A stretch of DNA of 64,000 nt from an uncultured Gammaproteobacteria bacterium (GTDB lineage Bacteria; Pseudomonadota; Gammaproteobacteria; DRLM01), in the NCBI GenBank assembly GCA_963729605.1, contig CAVSNY010000004.1, positions 1-64,000 on the forward strand, in the 5' to 3' direction. Below are positions 50,348-62,293 of the stretch, piece after piece (position 1 is the first letter of the stretch; the number at the start of each line of letters is the position of its first letter). Below the pieces are notes generated by a model that worked only from the letters and a program-made list of their open reading frames with translations, was not told the origin of the DNA and did no database searches. The position numbers and the translations under genes were made by a program.

Positions 50348-52672
50348 ATGATGTTTTCCCGTTTCCGCCGCCGCACCCAACGCAAGCCGGGCCGTTTGCT
50401 CCGGCGCGTTCTGCTGTGGGGCCTGCCCGTCGTCGCGCTGCTGGGTTTGGCCGCGTATCTGGTCTATCTCGATAAAGCCATCCGCGATCAGTTCGAAGAC
50501 CGGCGCTGGGCCTTGCCGGCCTATGTCTATGCCCGTTCCCTGGAGTTGTTCCCCGGCGCGCGCCTGTCGGCGGATGCCTTGGAAAAGGAGCTGCGCCTGC
50601 TGGCCTACCAGCCGCTCAATGGTACGTTGCGGCCCGGCTCCTACCAGCGGCACGGCGATACGGTGCGGGTCTTCACCCGTCCCTTCACCTATTGGGATGG
50701 CAAGGAGCCGGCCAGCGACGTCGAGCTGCAATTCAACGGCGGCGATCTAACCATGCTGACCGCGCGCAACGGCGGGCGCAATCTCGATCTGGCGCGGCTC
50801 GATCCGGTGGTGATCGGCCGCATCTATCCCGCCCATCACGAAGACCGGGTGCTGGTGAAGCTGGAGCAGGTACCCGGCTTGTTGCGCGACGGCCTGCAGG
50901 CGGTCGAGGACAAAAATTTTTATCGCCACTGGGGCGTGGACCCGCAGGCGGTACTGCGGGCGTTGTGGACCAATCTGCGCGAAGGCGAGGTGGTGCAGGG
51001 CGGCAGCACGCTCACCCAGCAATTGGTCAAGAATATCTTTCTCACCAATGAACGCACCTTGGTGCGCAAACTCAACGAGGCCTTGATGGCGGTGTTGCTC
51101 GACGCCGATTACAGCAAGGACGAAATCCTCGAGGCCTATTGCAACGAGATTTATCTGGGCCAGGACAATCAGCGCGCCATCCACGGCTTCGGACTCGCCA
51201 GCGAGTTTTATTTCGGCCAGCCGCTGGCGGATTTACAGCCTCATCAAATCGCCCTGTTGATCGGCCTGGTGAAGGGACCGTCGTATTACGATCCGCGCCG
51301 CCACCCGCAGCGCGCCTCGGCGCGGCGCAACGTGGTGTTGACGGTGATGGAAGAGGCCGGGCTGCTGACCGCCGAGCAGGCGGCGCGCGCCCGCAAACAG
51401 CCTTTGGACGTGGTGGCGCGTCCGGCGGGGGTATCGAACTATCCCGCCTTCCTCGATCTGGTGCGCCGCCAATTGGGCCGCGATTACCGCGAGGAGGATC
51501 TGCGTTCCGAGGGATTGCGCATCTTCACGACCTTCGATCCTTTGGTGCAGGCCGCCGCCGAGCAGGCGGTGAGCCGGCGGGTGACGGCCTTGGAGAAACA
51601 GCGCGGTTTCAAGGCCGGCACGCTCGAAGGGGCGGTGGTGGTCACCAACGCCACCGGCGGCGAGGTGCTGGCGGCGGTGGGCGGACGCGATCCGCGTTTC
51701 GCCGGTTTCAACCGGGTGCTGGACGCCGAGCGGCAAATCGGCTCGCTGGTGAAGCCGGCGGTGTATCTCACCGCGCTGGAACGCCCGGCCAAATACAGCT
51801 TGATCACGCCCTTGGACGACAGCCCGCTGGAAATGAAAGTGCCGGGCGGCAAGCTGTGGCGGCCGCAGAACTACGACAAGCAATTTCACGGCATGGTGCC
51901 GCTGCACACGGCCTTGGCCCAATCCTATAATGTGCCGACGGTGCGGCTGGGTATGGATGTCGGTGTCGAGCGGGTGTTGGAGACCTTGCGCCAGCTCGGC
52001 ATCGAGCGGAAGATCGATCCTTACCCGGCCATGCTGTTGGGTGCCATGAGCCTCACGCCCTTCGAGGTCACCCAGATGTATCAAACCATCGCCAACGGCG
52101 GTTTTCACACGCCGTTGCGGGCGATACGCGAGGTGGTGAGCGTGCAGGGCACGCCGCTGCAGCGTTACTCCCTGCAACTCGATCAGGCGGTGGACGCCGC
52201 GAGTATTTATCTGCTCACCACCGCCATGCAGGAGGTGGTGATAACGGGTACCGCGCAGGGTTTGTCGTCCCGTTTGCCCGCCGGCCTCACCGTCGCGGGT
52301 AAAACCGGTACCACCGACGACCTGCGTGACAGCTGGTTCGCCGGTTTCAGCGGCGACCGGGTGGCGGTGGCCTGGGTGGGCCGCGACGACAATGCCCCGG
52401 CCGGGTTCACCGGCGCGAGCGGCGCCATGCAGGTATGGGGCGATTTATTCGCCGCGCTGGAGACCGCTCCATTGGCGCTGGAAACCCCGGCCGGCGTGGA
52501 ATGGGTATGGATCGATCCCGCCACCGGCCTGCTCGGCCAAGCCGGGTGCGAGGGCGCCCGCCAATGGCCGTTCAGCGCCGGTTCGGCGCCGACGGAACTG
52601 GCGCCCTGCGCGCAAGGCGTGGAAGGCACGCTGCAGCGCTCGCTGGATTGGTTGAAAGGCTTTTTTGAATGA
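50348..52672 (+). CDS. mrcB: Penicillin-binding protein 1B
   Basis: EDKNFYRHWG, QGGSTLTQQLVKN, UB2H region, SLVK, SYN, KTG. Confidence 0.96.
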   Translation: MMFSRFRRRTQRKPGRLLRRVLLWGLPVVALLGLAAYLVYLDKAIRDQFEDRRWALPAYVYARSLELFPGARLSADALEKELRLLAYQPLNGTLRPGSYQRHGDTVRVFTRPFTYWDGKEPASDVELQFNGGDLTMLTARNGGRNLDLARLDPVVIGRIYPAHHEDRVLVKLEQVPGLLRDGLQAVEDKNFYRHWGVDPQAVLRALWTNLREGEVVQGGSTLTQQLVKNIFLTNERTLVRKLNEALMAVLLDADYSKDEILEAYCNEIYLGQDNQRAIHGFGLASEFYFGQPLADLQPHQIALLIGLVKGPSYYDPRRHPQRASARRNVVLTVMEEAGLLTAEQAARARKQPLDVVARPAGVSNYPAFLDLVRRQLGRDYREEDLRSEGLRIFTTFDPLVQAAAEQAVSRRVTALEKQRGFKAGTLEGAVVVTNATGGEVLAAVGGRDPRFAGFNRVLDAERQIGSLVKPAVYLTALERPAKYSLITPLDDSPLEMKVPGGKLWRPQNYDKQFHGMVPLHTALAQSYNVPTVRLGMDVGVERVLETLRQLGIERKIDPYPAMLLGAMSLTPFEVTQMYQTIANGGFHTPLRAIREVVSVQGTPLQRYSLQLDQAVDAASIYLLTTAMQEVVITGTAQGLSSRLPAGLTVAGKTGTTDDLRDSWFAGFSGDRVAVAWVGRDDNAPAGFTGASGAMQVWGDLFAALETAPLALETPAGVEWVWIDPATGLLGQAGCEGARQWPFSAGSAPTELAPCAQGVEGTLQRSLDWLKGFFE

Positions 52673-53256
52673 ATGTGATGAGCAGACTGAAAATCCGGTT
52701 CGCGCCCTATGGCATGGCGTTGTTGCTCGCGGGCTGCGGCACGCTGCCGCCCGTGGCGCGTGAACCGGTTGCGCCGCGCGCGCCGGTGATCAAGTCCGAA
52801 CCCGCCCCGCCGCCGGTTGGGGCGGCGCCGTCCCAACCGGCCGTGACGCAACCCCTGCCGGAAACACCGCCCGTCACCACTGAACCGTTACCGCCCCCGG
52901 CGGAGATCACCGTGCAGCCCATGCCCGCGCCGCCCGCCCCGGCGGTGGTCGCGCTGCTCGACAGCGCCGGACGTCAGGAACAGGCCGGCCAGTTGGAGAG
53001 CGCCGCCGCCACCCTCGAACGGGCCTTGCGCGTGGCCCCCCGCAACGGCACGGTGTGGTATCGTTTGGCGCGAGTACGTCTGGCGCAGGGTCAATGGCAG
53101 GCGGCGGCCAACTTGGCGGCCAAGTCCAACAGCCTGGCCGGCGCCGACGCCGGGCTGCGCAAGTTGAATTGGACCTTGATCGCCAAGGCCCGCGAACGAC
53201 TGGGCGACAAGGCGGGCGCGCGGGCCGCCCGCGCGCAGGCGGCGGAGCAGCAGTGA
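52669..53256 (+). CDS. TPR lipoprotein, LpoP-like PBP1B activator
   Basis: Lipobox LLAGC, Pro-rich linker, AAATLERALRVAPRN; overlaps mrcB stop. Confidence 0.8.
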   Translation: MNVMSRLKIRFAPYGMALLLAGCGTLPPVAREPVAPRAPVIKSEPAPPPVGAAPSQPAVTQPLPETPPVTTEPLPPPAEITVQPMPAPPAPAVVALLDSAGRQEQAGQLESAAATLERALRVAPRNGTVWYRLARVRLAQGQWQAAANLAAKSNSLAGADAGLRKLNWTLIAKARERLGDKAGARAARAQAAEQQ

Positions 53257-53321
53257 GGCCGGCACTCGCCCGCTGTTTGCGGGCATAATGAATCAGAATC
53301 AGGGACAGGCGGGGGGCGGCG

Positions 53322-53828
53322 GTGGGGCTTTATCAAGTCGACAAACTGATGAGCGAGGCGCGCCGGCTGGCGCGGGAGTATCGACTCGCCATGGGTAAAC
53401 CCCTGCCCGGCATCAGCGCCGAACTGGCGGTGCACGACGCCTGCCGTCTGCTCGAACTGGAGGCCGCGCCGGCGGGCGTCGGCGGTTATGACGCGGTTGG
53501 CCGCGGCCGGCGCGAGGGCAAACGCGTGCAGATCAAAGGCCGCGCGATTTTCGATGAAGGCAAGAGCGGCCAGCGGATCGGCCAGCTCAAGACCGAACAG
53601 GAATGGGACAGCGTGCTGCTGGTGCTCATGGATGAAAGTTACGAGCCTTATGAAATTTATGAAGGCGAACGTGACGAGGTATTGAACGCGGTGGACAAGA
53701 CCAGCAGCAACCGCAGCAAGCGCGGCGCCGTATCGGTGGCGCGTTTCAAGGCCATCGCGCGGCTGGTGTGGACCCGGGAAAACGGCGCCGAGGACGACGA
53801 GGTGTGGGACAATCAGGTCCGGCGCTGA
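53322..53828 (+). CDS. Hypothetical protein with PD-(D/E)xK-like motif
   Basis: ISAELA..GYDA..VQIKGR. Confidence 0.7.
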   Translation: MGLYQVDKLMSEARRLAREYRLAMGKPLPGISAELAVHDACRLLELEAAPAGVGGYDAVGRGRREGKRVQIKGRAIFDEGKSGQRIGQLKTEQEWDSVLLVLMDESYEPYEIYEGERDEVLNAVDKTSSNRSKRGAVSVARFKAIARLVWTRENGAEDDEVWDNQVRR

Positions 53829-53886
53829 ACGCCGTCACGCCGGCGCCGCCCCGGCTCAGCCCAACTCTTTTTGCCAGCGCATCATT

Positions 53887-54092
53887 GAGAACCTATTTCA
53901 AAATTGGAATTAAAGACCCCAAGCCGGACCGAGGCGTTCTTCCCCCTCTCCCGCAAGCGGGAGAGGGTAGGGGTGAGGGCGTTCGGACGACCGCCGTCAC
54001 GACGCAAGGGCGACTTCTTCATTTCTCTCTTCCCTCACCCTGCTGGCGGCTGCGCCCCCTCGCCGCGCGCTCTCCGCCCGCGGGAGAGGGGA
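53887..54092. repeat. Third AGAACCTAT-end element with palindromes
   Basis: 53887-53945 closely matches the reverse complement of 41043-41101. Confidence 0.8.
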
Positions 54093-54296
54093 CATAGACG
54101 GAGATTTTTCAGTACCGGACGGACGAGGGGTGATGGCGTCGATGAGTGTTGTCGCCACATTATCATGGCCGGCACTTTGATGGCGTCTTGGGTGTTCGTG
54201 GTGCGCCTCGTGATGAAATTATCGATGTCGGCCACGTATACTATCGGCCACCTATTTCCGAACATTGAGTGCGTACGCCGCTCGCCCGGGTAATCC

Positions 54297-56255
54297 ATGA
54301 TCAGTCCCGTTGACATACTCGGCGCCGACGGCCCGCTCGCCCGCCACCTGCCCGGCTTCGCGCCGCGCGCGCCGCAGCAGGCCATGGCGGAGGCGGTGGC
54401 CGCCGCGCTGGCGCGCGCCGAGGTGCTGGTGACCGAGGCCGGCACCGGCACCGGCAAGACCTTCGCTTATCTGGTGCCGGCGCTGTTGTTCAATAACAAG
54501 GTCATCATCTCCACCGGCACCAAACATCTCCAGGATCAATTGTTCCATCGCGACCTGCCCGTGCTGCGCGACGCGCTCAAGCTGCCGGTGAACGCGGCCC
54601 TGCTCAAGGGACGCGCCAACTATCTCTGCCCACATCGTCTCGATATGGCGGTGAGCGACGGCCGTTTGCCCACCCGCGCCGACGTGGCGGATCTAACCAA
54701 GGTCAACCGCTGGGCGGGCCGCACCCGCCGCGGCGACATCGCCGAGGTGGACGACATCGCCGAAGACGCGGCGATCTGGCCGTGGGTCACGTCCACCGCC
54801 GACAATTGCCTGGGCCAGGAGTGTCCGCGTCTTTCCGAGTGTTTCGTACTCAAGGCGCGCCGCGCCGCGCAGGAGGCCGATCTGGTGGTGGTCAATCATC
54901 ATCTGCTGCTGGCCGACATGGCGCTCAAGGAAGAAGGCTTCGGCGAACTCTTGCCCGGCGCCGCCGCCTTCATCATCGACGAGGCCCATCAATTGCCTGA
55001 GGTGGCCCTGCAATTTTTCGGCACCACCGTCAGCAGCCGGCAACTCACCGAGTTGAGTCGCGACGTGGTCACCGAACACGCGCGCGAGGCCGGCGACATG
55101 CCGGATTTATTGCGCGCCGCTGACGTGTTGGAGCACGCCGTCGCCGACACCCGCATCGCGCTGGGTCCCACCAGCCGCCGCGCGGCCTGGCACGAGGCGG
55201 CGGCGCAGGCGGCGGTGACCACGGCCTTGGCGGCGGTTGAAACGGCGCTGGCCCGTCTGCAAGATTTATTGCGCGAGGCCGCGGTGCGCGGCGCGGGACT
55301 CAATCAATGTTGGCAGCGCAGCGTCGCCATGGCCGAGCGTCTCGCCGTTTTCAACGACGCGGAACAAAGCGATCACGTGCAGTGGTTCGAGACCTACACC
55401 CGCAGTTTTTCCCTGCACCTCACGCCGTTCGAAGTGGGCGGGACTTTTCAAAATCAGATGAGCCGCTTCAAGGCGGCCTGGATATTTACCTCGGCGACCT
55501 TGGCGGTGGGCGACGATTTCAGCCATTTCCGTGCGCACCTTGGTTTAAATGAGGCGCACACCGCGCGCTGGGACAGCCCATTCGATTATCAGCGCAACGC
55601 CTTGCTCTATCTGCCGCCGCGTATGCCGCTGCCCGCCGCGCCCGAATACACCGCGGCGGTGATTACGGCGGCCTTGCCGGTGTTGCAGGCCAGCGGCGGG
55701 CGGGCGTTTCTGCTCTTCACCAGTCATCGCGCCCTGCAAGAAGCGGCGCAGCGTTTGCGCGACGTGCTGCCTTACCCGTTGCTGGTGCAGGGCACGGCGC
55801 CGCGCCGGGATTTGCTGCACCGTTTTCGCGAATTGGGCAACGCGGTGTTATTGGGCACCAGCAGTTTTTGGGAAGGGGTGGACGTGCGCGGCGAGGCCCT
55901 GTCGGTGGTGATCATCGACAAGCTGCCCTTCGCTTCGCCGGGTGATCCGGTCTTGCAGGCGCGGCTGGACGCGTTGCGCCGCCGCGGCGGTGAGCCGTTT
56001 CACGACGCGCAATTGCCGCAGGCGGTGATCACCTTGAAACAAGGCGTGGGCCGCTTGATCCGCGCTGTGGATGATCGCGGCGTGTTGATGTTGTGCGATC
56101 CGCGTCTGTTGTCGAAGTCCTACGGCAAGGTGTTTCTCGACAGCCTGCCCGCCATGCGGCGCACGCGGGCGCTGGCCGATGTGCAAGCCTTCTTCGCCGA
56201 GGAAGACGCGCCGAGTCGGGACGGCGATCCGCGCCGCGCGGAGGATATCCAATGA
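54297..56255 (+). CDS. yoaA: DinG-family helicase YoaA
   Basis: EAGTGTGKT, Fe-S cysteines, DEAH, TSATL, KQGVGRLIR; upstream of tsaB. Confidence 0.93.
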   Translation: MISPVDILGADGPLARHLPGFAPRAPQQAMAEAVAAALARAEVLVTEAGTGTGKTFAYLVPALLFNNKVIISTGTKHLQDQLFHRDLPVLRDALKLPVNAALLKGRANYLCPHRLDMAVSDGRLPTRADVADLTKVNRWAGRTRRGDIAEVDDIAEDAAIWPWVTSTADNCLGQECPRLSECFVLKARRAAQEADLVVVNHHLLLADMALKEEGFGELLPGAAAFIIDEAHQLPEVALQFFGTTVSSRQLTELSRDVVTEHAREAGDMPDLLRAADVLEHAVADTRIALGPTSRRAAWHEAAAQAAVTTALAAVETALARLQDLLREAAVRGAGLNQCWQRSVAMAERLAVFNDAEQSDHVQWFETYTRSFSLHLTPFEVGGTFQNQMSRFKAAWIFTSATLAVGDDFSHFRAHLGLNEAHTARWDSPFDYQRNALLYLPPRMPLPAAPEYTAAVITAALPVLQASGGRAFLLFTSHRALQEAAQRLRDVLPYPLLVQGTAPRRDLLHRFRELGNAVLLGTSSFWEGVDVRGEALSVVIIDKLPFASPGDPVLQARLDALRRRGGEPFHDAQLPQAVITLKQGVGRLIRAVDDRGVLMLCDPRLLSKSYGKVFLDSLPAMRRTRALADVQAFFAEEDAPSRDGDPRRAEDIQ

Positions 56256-56932
56256 AATTGCTGGCCATCGAAACCGCCACCGAGGCCTGTTCCGCCGCGT
56301 TGTATCTCGACGGCGCGCTCAGCGAACGTTATGTATTGGCGCCGCGCGAACACGCGCGTTTGATTTTGCCGATGGTGGATGAGCTGCTGCGGGAAGCCGA
56401 TCTCTCGCCGGGCGCTTTGGATGCGGTGGCCTTCGGCCGCGGGCCCGGCGCCTTCACCGGCCTGCGCATCGCCGCGGGGGTGGCGCAGGGCATCGCCTTC
56501 GGCGCCGACCTGCCGGTGGTGGCGGTGTCGTCGCTGGCGGCGCTGGCGCAAGGCCTGTGCCGCCAGCGCGGCGCGGCGCGGGTGTTGGCGGCCGTCGATG
56601 CGCGCATCGGCGAAGTGTACTGGGGAATCTATGAGGCGGACGCGGCTCGCCTGATGGTGTCGCGCGGTGAAGAACAAGTGATCTTGCCGGGCGAAGTTGC
56701 ATTGCCCGAGGGCGGAGGCTGGCATGGCGCCGGCTCGGCTTGGGAGGTCTACGGCGATATTTTGCGGGCGCGTTTGTCCGGACGGCTTGCGGAGATCGAC
56801 GCGGCGCGTCACCCGCGCGCGCACGACGTCGCGTTGTTGGCGGCGGCCGCCTATCGCCGCGGCGAAGCGGTGAGCGCCGAGCTGGCGGCGCCGGTGTATC
56901 TGCGCGACGACGTGGCGGTGAAGTCCGCGTAA
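56252..56932 (+). CDS. tsaB: t6A biosynthesis protein TsaB
   Basis: MKLLAIETATEACSAAL, GPGAFTGLRI, DARIGEVY, PVYLR. Confidence 0.96.
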   Translation: MKLLAIETATEACSAALYLDGALSERYVLAPREHARLILPMVDELLREADLSPGALDAVAFGRGPGAFTGLRIAAGVAQGIAFGADLPVVAVSSLAALAQGLCRQRGAARVLAAVDARIGEVYWGIYEADAARLMVSRGEEQVILPGEVALPEGGGWHGAGSAWEVYGDILRARLSGRLAEIDAARHPRAHDVALLAAAAYRRGEAVSAELAAPVYLRDDVAVKSA

Positions 56933-56976
56933 CAGATGTGCCGCGCTGAGAGCGGTCGATGACAAGGAGTGACGCG

Positions 56977-57264
56977 ATGAACGTGAAGGCGCGAATTGAA
57001 ATCGAATTTTGCACGCAATGCCGCTGGCTGTTGCGGGCGGCGTGGATGGCGCAGGAGTTGTTGCTGACCTTCACCGAGGAATTGCGCGAAGTGGCCTTGG
57101 TGCCGGGTACCGGCGGTATTTTCGAGGTGCGCGTCGACGGTGAAGCGTTGTGGTCGCGGCGCGTCGAGGGGCGCTTTCCCGATATCAAGGAATTGAAACA
57201 GCGGGTGCGCGACCGCGTCGCGCCGGAAAAATCCCTCGGCCATTCCGATCACGCCGGTGAATGA
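56977..57264 (+). CDS. SelT/SelW/SelH (Rdx) family protein
   Basis: CTQCRWLLRAAWMAQELL, GGIFEV. Confidence 0.92.
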   Translation: MNVKARIEIEFCTQCRWLLRAAWMAQELLLTFTEELREVALVPGTGGIFEVRVDGEALWSRRVEGRFPDIKELKQRVRDRVAPEKSLGHSDHAGE

Positions 57265-57337
57265 ATCGGTTTCGCACCCTGCTCGGCGGGTAGTGTGACG
57301 GACCGCCGGTGAGGATCTGTTAGTCGGATTGGAAGTT

Positions 57338-57363
57338 TAGAGTTTTACTCCGCGGGCCGATAA
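57338..57363 (+). promoter_or_regulatory. Sigma28 (FliA)-type promoter for cheX
   Basis: TAGAGTTT-N10-GCCGATAA (perfect -10; spacer 1 bp shorter than consensus). Confidence 0.55.
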
Positions 57364-57402
57364 GGGTGAGGGCGGTAAGTCGCCAAGCGAGGCTGCGCAA
57401 TC

Positions 57403-57909
57403 ATGAATGTCGCGTTTATCAATCCCTTTCTCGAATCGTTGCTGAATGTTTTAAGCACCATGGCGCAGGTCGAAGCCAAGGTGGGCCGGCCCATGATAAA
57501 AAAGGATGATGTGGCGAGCGGCGATGTGACCGGTGTGATCGGCATGGCCAGCGCGAAGGTCAGAGGGTCCTTGGCGATCACCTTTTCCGAAGCGGCGATC
57601 CTGGACATCGGTAAGCGCATGTTGGGCGAGGAGAGTAATGGCATCGACGCCACGGTAACGGATCTGGTGGGCGAAATTACCAACATGGTCACCGGCGGCG
57701 CCAAGCGCATCCTCGTCGAGCAAGGCTACGATTTCGACCTTGCTATTCCCGCCGTCGTGGCGGGCGCGAATCACAAGGTGATCCATAAATCCCGCGGGCC
57801 CAAGGTGATCGTGCCGTTTAGCATAGCCTCAGGCGACTTCTTCGTGGAAATATGTTTTGAAGAGATAGCGGCGAAAGTGGTGACGGCGCATCAATTTCCC
57901 AAACTATAA
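57403..57909 (+). CDS. cheX: Chemotaxis phosphatase CheX
   Basis: FINPFLES, GDVTGVIGM, GEITNMVTGGAK. Confidence 0.93.
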   Translation: MNVAFINPFLESLLNVLSTMAQVEAKVGRPMIKKDDVASGDVTGVIGMASAKVRGSLAITFSEAAILDIGKRMLGEESNGIDATVTDLVGEITNMVTGGAKRILVEQGYDFDLAIPAVVAGANHKVIHKSRGPKVIVPFSIASGDFFVEICFEEIAAKVVTAHQFPKL

Positions 57910-58172
57910 AATCGCCGTGTCATGACACCCGCCGGTTTTTGCCGGCCAAACTCAAGTCTCCGCCGATCGCATCCCGCTCAACTTGCGTTACTTCCAACCT
58001 TTATTGAATTGACGGCCTCGATAATGAGGACGCTGGCGAAATAAATCCAGCGGGTTCCCCGGAGACGCCGGTGGACGCAGGCCGTGATTGACCACGATGA
58101 TGTCTTCCGCGCCGGCGTGCAGGCTTGATTTGGCTTACAATGGCCGTCGCGAGTTTTTCAATCGGTGCATCC

Positions 58173-58940
58173 ATGGCCATCCCCGACACCCCCCTCCGCA
58201 TTTTGCAATTGACCGACACCCATCTCGCCGCCGACCCGGCCGCGACGCTGATGGGTGTGAATGTACTGGCGTCGCTGCGGCGGGTGGTGGCGGCCGCGCG
58301 CCGCGACGGGGAAAAATTCGATGCGGTGATCGCCACCGGCGACCTGGTGCACGACGAATCCGCCGCGGGTTATCAATTGTTGGCGGACACCCTCGCCGAG
58401 TTGAACGCGCCGGTGTATTGCCTGCCGGGCAATCACGACGACCCGGTGCTGATGCGCGAGGCCTTGAGCGGCAGCGCCGCGCATTACGTGGATCACTGGG
58501 TGGCGGACCGCTGGTTGTTGTTGTTCCTCAATACCGCGCAGGCCGGGCAGGTGGCGGGTTATTTGCCCGCGACGGAGTTGGCGCGGGTGCGCGAAAGTCT
58601 GCGGCGCCGGCCCGGGCATTTCGTGTTGTTATGTCTCCATCATCCGCCGGTGGCGATCGGCAGTCCGTGGCTGGACGCCATCGGATTGCAAAACGGCGCC
58701 GAGCTGCTCGAGCTGGTGGCCGCGCATCCCCGGGTGCGCGGCGTGGTGTGGGGCCACACCCATCAGGAATACGAGGGCGAATGGCGGGGGGCGCGGCTGC
58801 TCGGCGCGCCGTCCACCTGCGTGCAGTTCCTGCCCGGCGCCGCGCACTGCGCGGCCGATACCCGTCCGGCGGGTTACCGCTGGTTGGACCTGTATGACGA
58901 TGGGCGCATCGACAGCGGCGTGCGGCGGCTGGCGCTGTGA
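58173..58940 (+). CDS. cpdA: 3',5'-cAMP phosphodiesterase
   Basis: TDTHL, TGDL, PGNHD, HHPP, WGHTHQ, PSTCVQF. Confidence 0.9.
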   Translation: MAIPDTPLRILQLTDTHLAADPAATLMGVNVLASLRRVVAAARRDGEKFDAVIATGDLVHDESAAGYQLLADTLAELNAPVYCLPGNHDDPVLMREALSGSAAHYVDHWVADRWLLLFLNTAQAGQVAGYLPATELARVRESLRRRPGHFVLLCLHHPPVAIGSPWLDAIGLQNGAELLELVAAHPRVRGVVWGHTHQEYEGEWRGARLLGAPSTCVQFLPGAAHCAADTRPAGYRWLDLYDDGRIDSGVRRLAL

Positions 58941-58982
58941 TAAACTGCCCGGCCTATTTGAAGGCGGCGATGAGGTGAGGCG

Positions 58983-59429
58983 ATGAAATCACGGGGCATC
59001 AACCGGCTGGGCATGGCGTTGCTGATAGTCGCGCCGCTGTCGGCCGCGGCGGAACTCAACATGGTGGAAGGCCATTGGGAGACCATCGTGCAAATCCAGA
59101 TCAAAGGCGGCAACTTCCCCATTCCGGCCATCAAATCCAGCCGCTGTCTCACGCGCAACGACCCTATCCCCAACGCGCAATCCAATATGCGCTGCCAGAT
59201 CAGCGACCGCGCCGTGGTGGGCAACGACGTGAGCTGGCGTGTGCAATGCAGCGACGAGCAGGCCTCCATGGAAGGCACCGGCAAGGTGACTTATGCCGGC
59301 GAAAGCTTCAAGGGCGGCATGGATATGCGGGTGAGCAAAGTCGGCGGCGAAGAAAGCATGGAGATCAAATACACCCTGCGCGGCAACCGGGTGCGCGCCT
59401 GCGATGCCGCGCCGGCCAAGCCGAAATGA
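58983..59429 (+). CDS. DUF3617-like exported protein
   Basis: Signal peptide, EGHWE, four spaced Cys, GNRVRAC. Confidence 0.75.
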   Translation: MKSRGINRLGMALLIVAPLSAAAELNMVEGHWETIVQIQIKGGNFPIPAIKSSRCLTRNDPIPNAQSNMRCQISDRAVVGNDVSWRVQCSDEQASMEGTGKVTYAGESFKGGMDMRVSKVGGEESMEIKYTLRGNRVRACDAAPAKPK

Positions 59430-59453
59430 CGCGGCGGCGCGTTTGTCCTCCAA

Positions 59454-59599
59454 GGTAGCTCTGATAATTCCATCCTGCATGTTTAGAGCGCGGCAAGCGA
59501 AAAGGTGATTCGCTTTCCTTCATGTCCAATGGCTGACCGCCGTTGGGCATGGCGGCACATCCGTGTGCCGCGGCAACAGCTGAATAAATTAAAGGCTCC
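59454..59599 (-). mobile_element. Multi-hairpin MITE copy 6
   Basis: Reverse complement GGAGCCTTTAATTTATTCAG..GCGGCACACGGATGTGCCGC..GGATGGAATTATCAGAGCTACC. Confidence 0.8.
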
Positions 59600-59709
59600 C
59601 TGGGTATTTCCCGGCGTTCGGCACCATGATACGGCGCGGTCGATCGGCCGGCCGTCCATGCAAGGTGGGATTCGAAATCATCGCGGCCGGGTGAGCGAAG
59701 GCCGGGTTT

Positions 59710-60252
59710 TCAAGCTTGCTGCCAAATCATCATCTCCACCTCGACGCTGGTGATGTCATCGGCCAGCCACAGCTGTTTATCTTGAACGGTGCAATTGAGC
59801 CGCATGGTGCGTTGCGCCAGTTTTTCGAGGGCCGTGGTGGCGGCGCGCGGCAGATTGATCACGGTCAGATTGTTAAAACGCTCCAATTGAAGACGGATCT
59901 TTTCCCACCACAGTTCGGCGCCGTGTCCCCCGTAGCTGTAAACGAACACCTGCCGGGCGCGGCCGCAGGCCTTGCGGATGCGTTTTTCGTCCGGTAGCCC
60001 CAGCTCTATCCAGGTGTCGATGGCGCCGGTCAAATCCATTTGCCAAAGGTCGGGTTCGTCCTGGCTGCTGATGCCCTTGGTGAAGGCGAGATCGGGATGG
60101 GCGTGGCGGGCGAAGGCCAGCACCCGCACCATCAGCCGTTCGTCGGTTTCCGAGGGGTGACGGGCGAGGGTGAGCGCATGGGCCTGATAATAATGCCGGT
60201 CCATGTCGGCGATTTGCAGCTCGGCTTTGAAGATGGTTGCTTTGAGGGCCAT
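59710..60252 (-). CDS. yaeQ: YaeQ family protein
   Basis: MALKATIFKA, ARHPSETDERLMVR, DEPDLW. Confidence 0.94.
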   Translation of the reverse strand: MALKATIFKAELQIADMDRHYYQAHALTLARHPSETDERLMVRVLAFARHAHPDLAFTKGISSQDEPDLWQMDLTGAIDTWIELGLPDEKRIRKACGRARQVFVYSYGGHGAELWWEKIRLQLERFNNLTVINLPRAATTALEKLAQRTMRLNCTVQDKQLWLADDITSVEVEMMIWQQA

Positions 60253-60316
60253 GCGGTTTCTTAATCCGTTGAGCGATGGAAAATCAGGCCGCGCCGCGGC
60301 CGTGTTCACGGCCCTT

Positions 60317-62107
<1,791 letters not shown>

Positions 62108-62293
62108 GCATGGACCTGTGGTTGAAGATGCCCCGGGGATACGGCGGTGGGGCGGCGCACAATAGCGGGGGATTATACGCTATCCCGTTGGGTTTTTCGG
62201 CAGGCCATGCCGGGCGGAGGAGGCTGTTTTATCCGGTGGGCGGCTCGGTTATGCTGAGGGCGCATGTTTAACTTTAAACAAAAGGAGCGTTCC

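Noticed and set aside
56977-57264. Selenoprotein
   Set aside because: Motif is CxxC encoded by TGC codons, with no in-frame TGA
59660-59682. tRNA 3' remnant (TTCGAATCCCACC on the minus strand)
   Set aside because: No cloverleaf, acceptor stem or adjacent integrase
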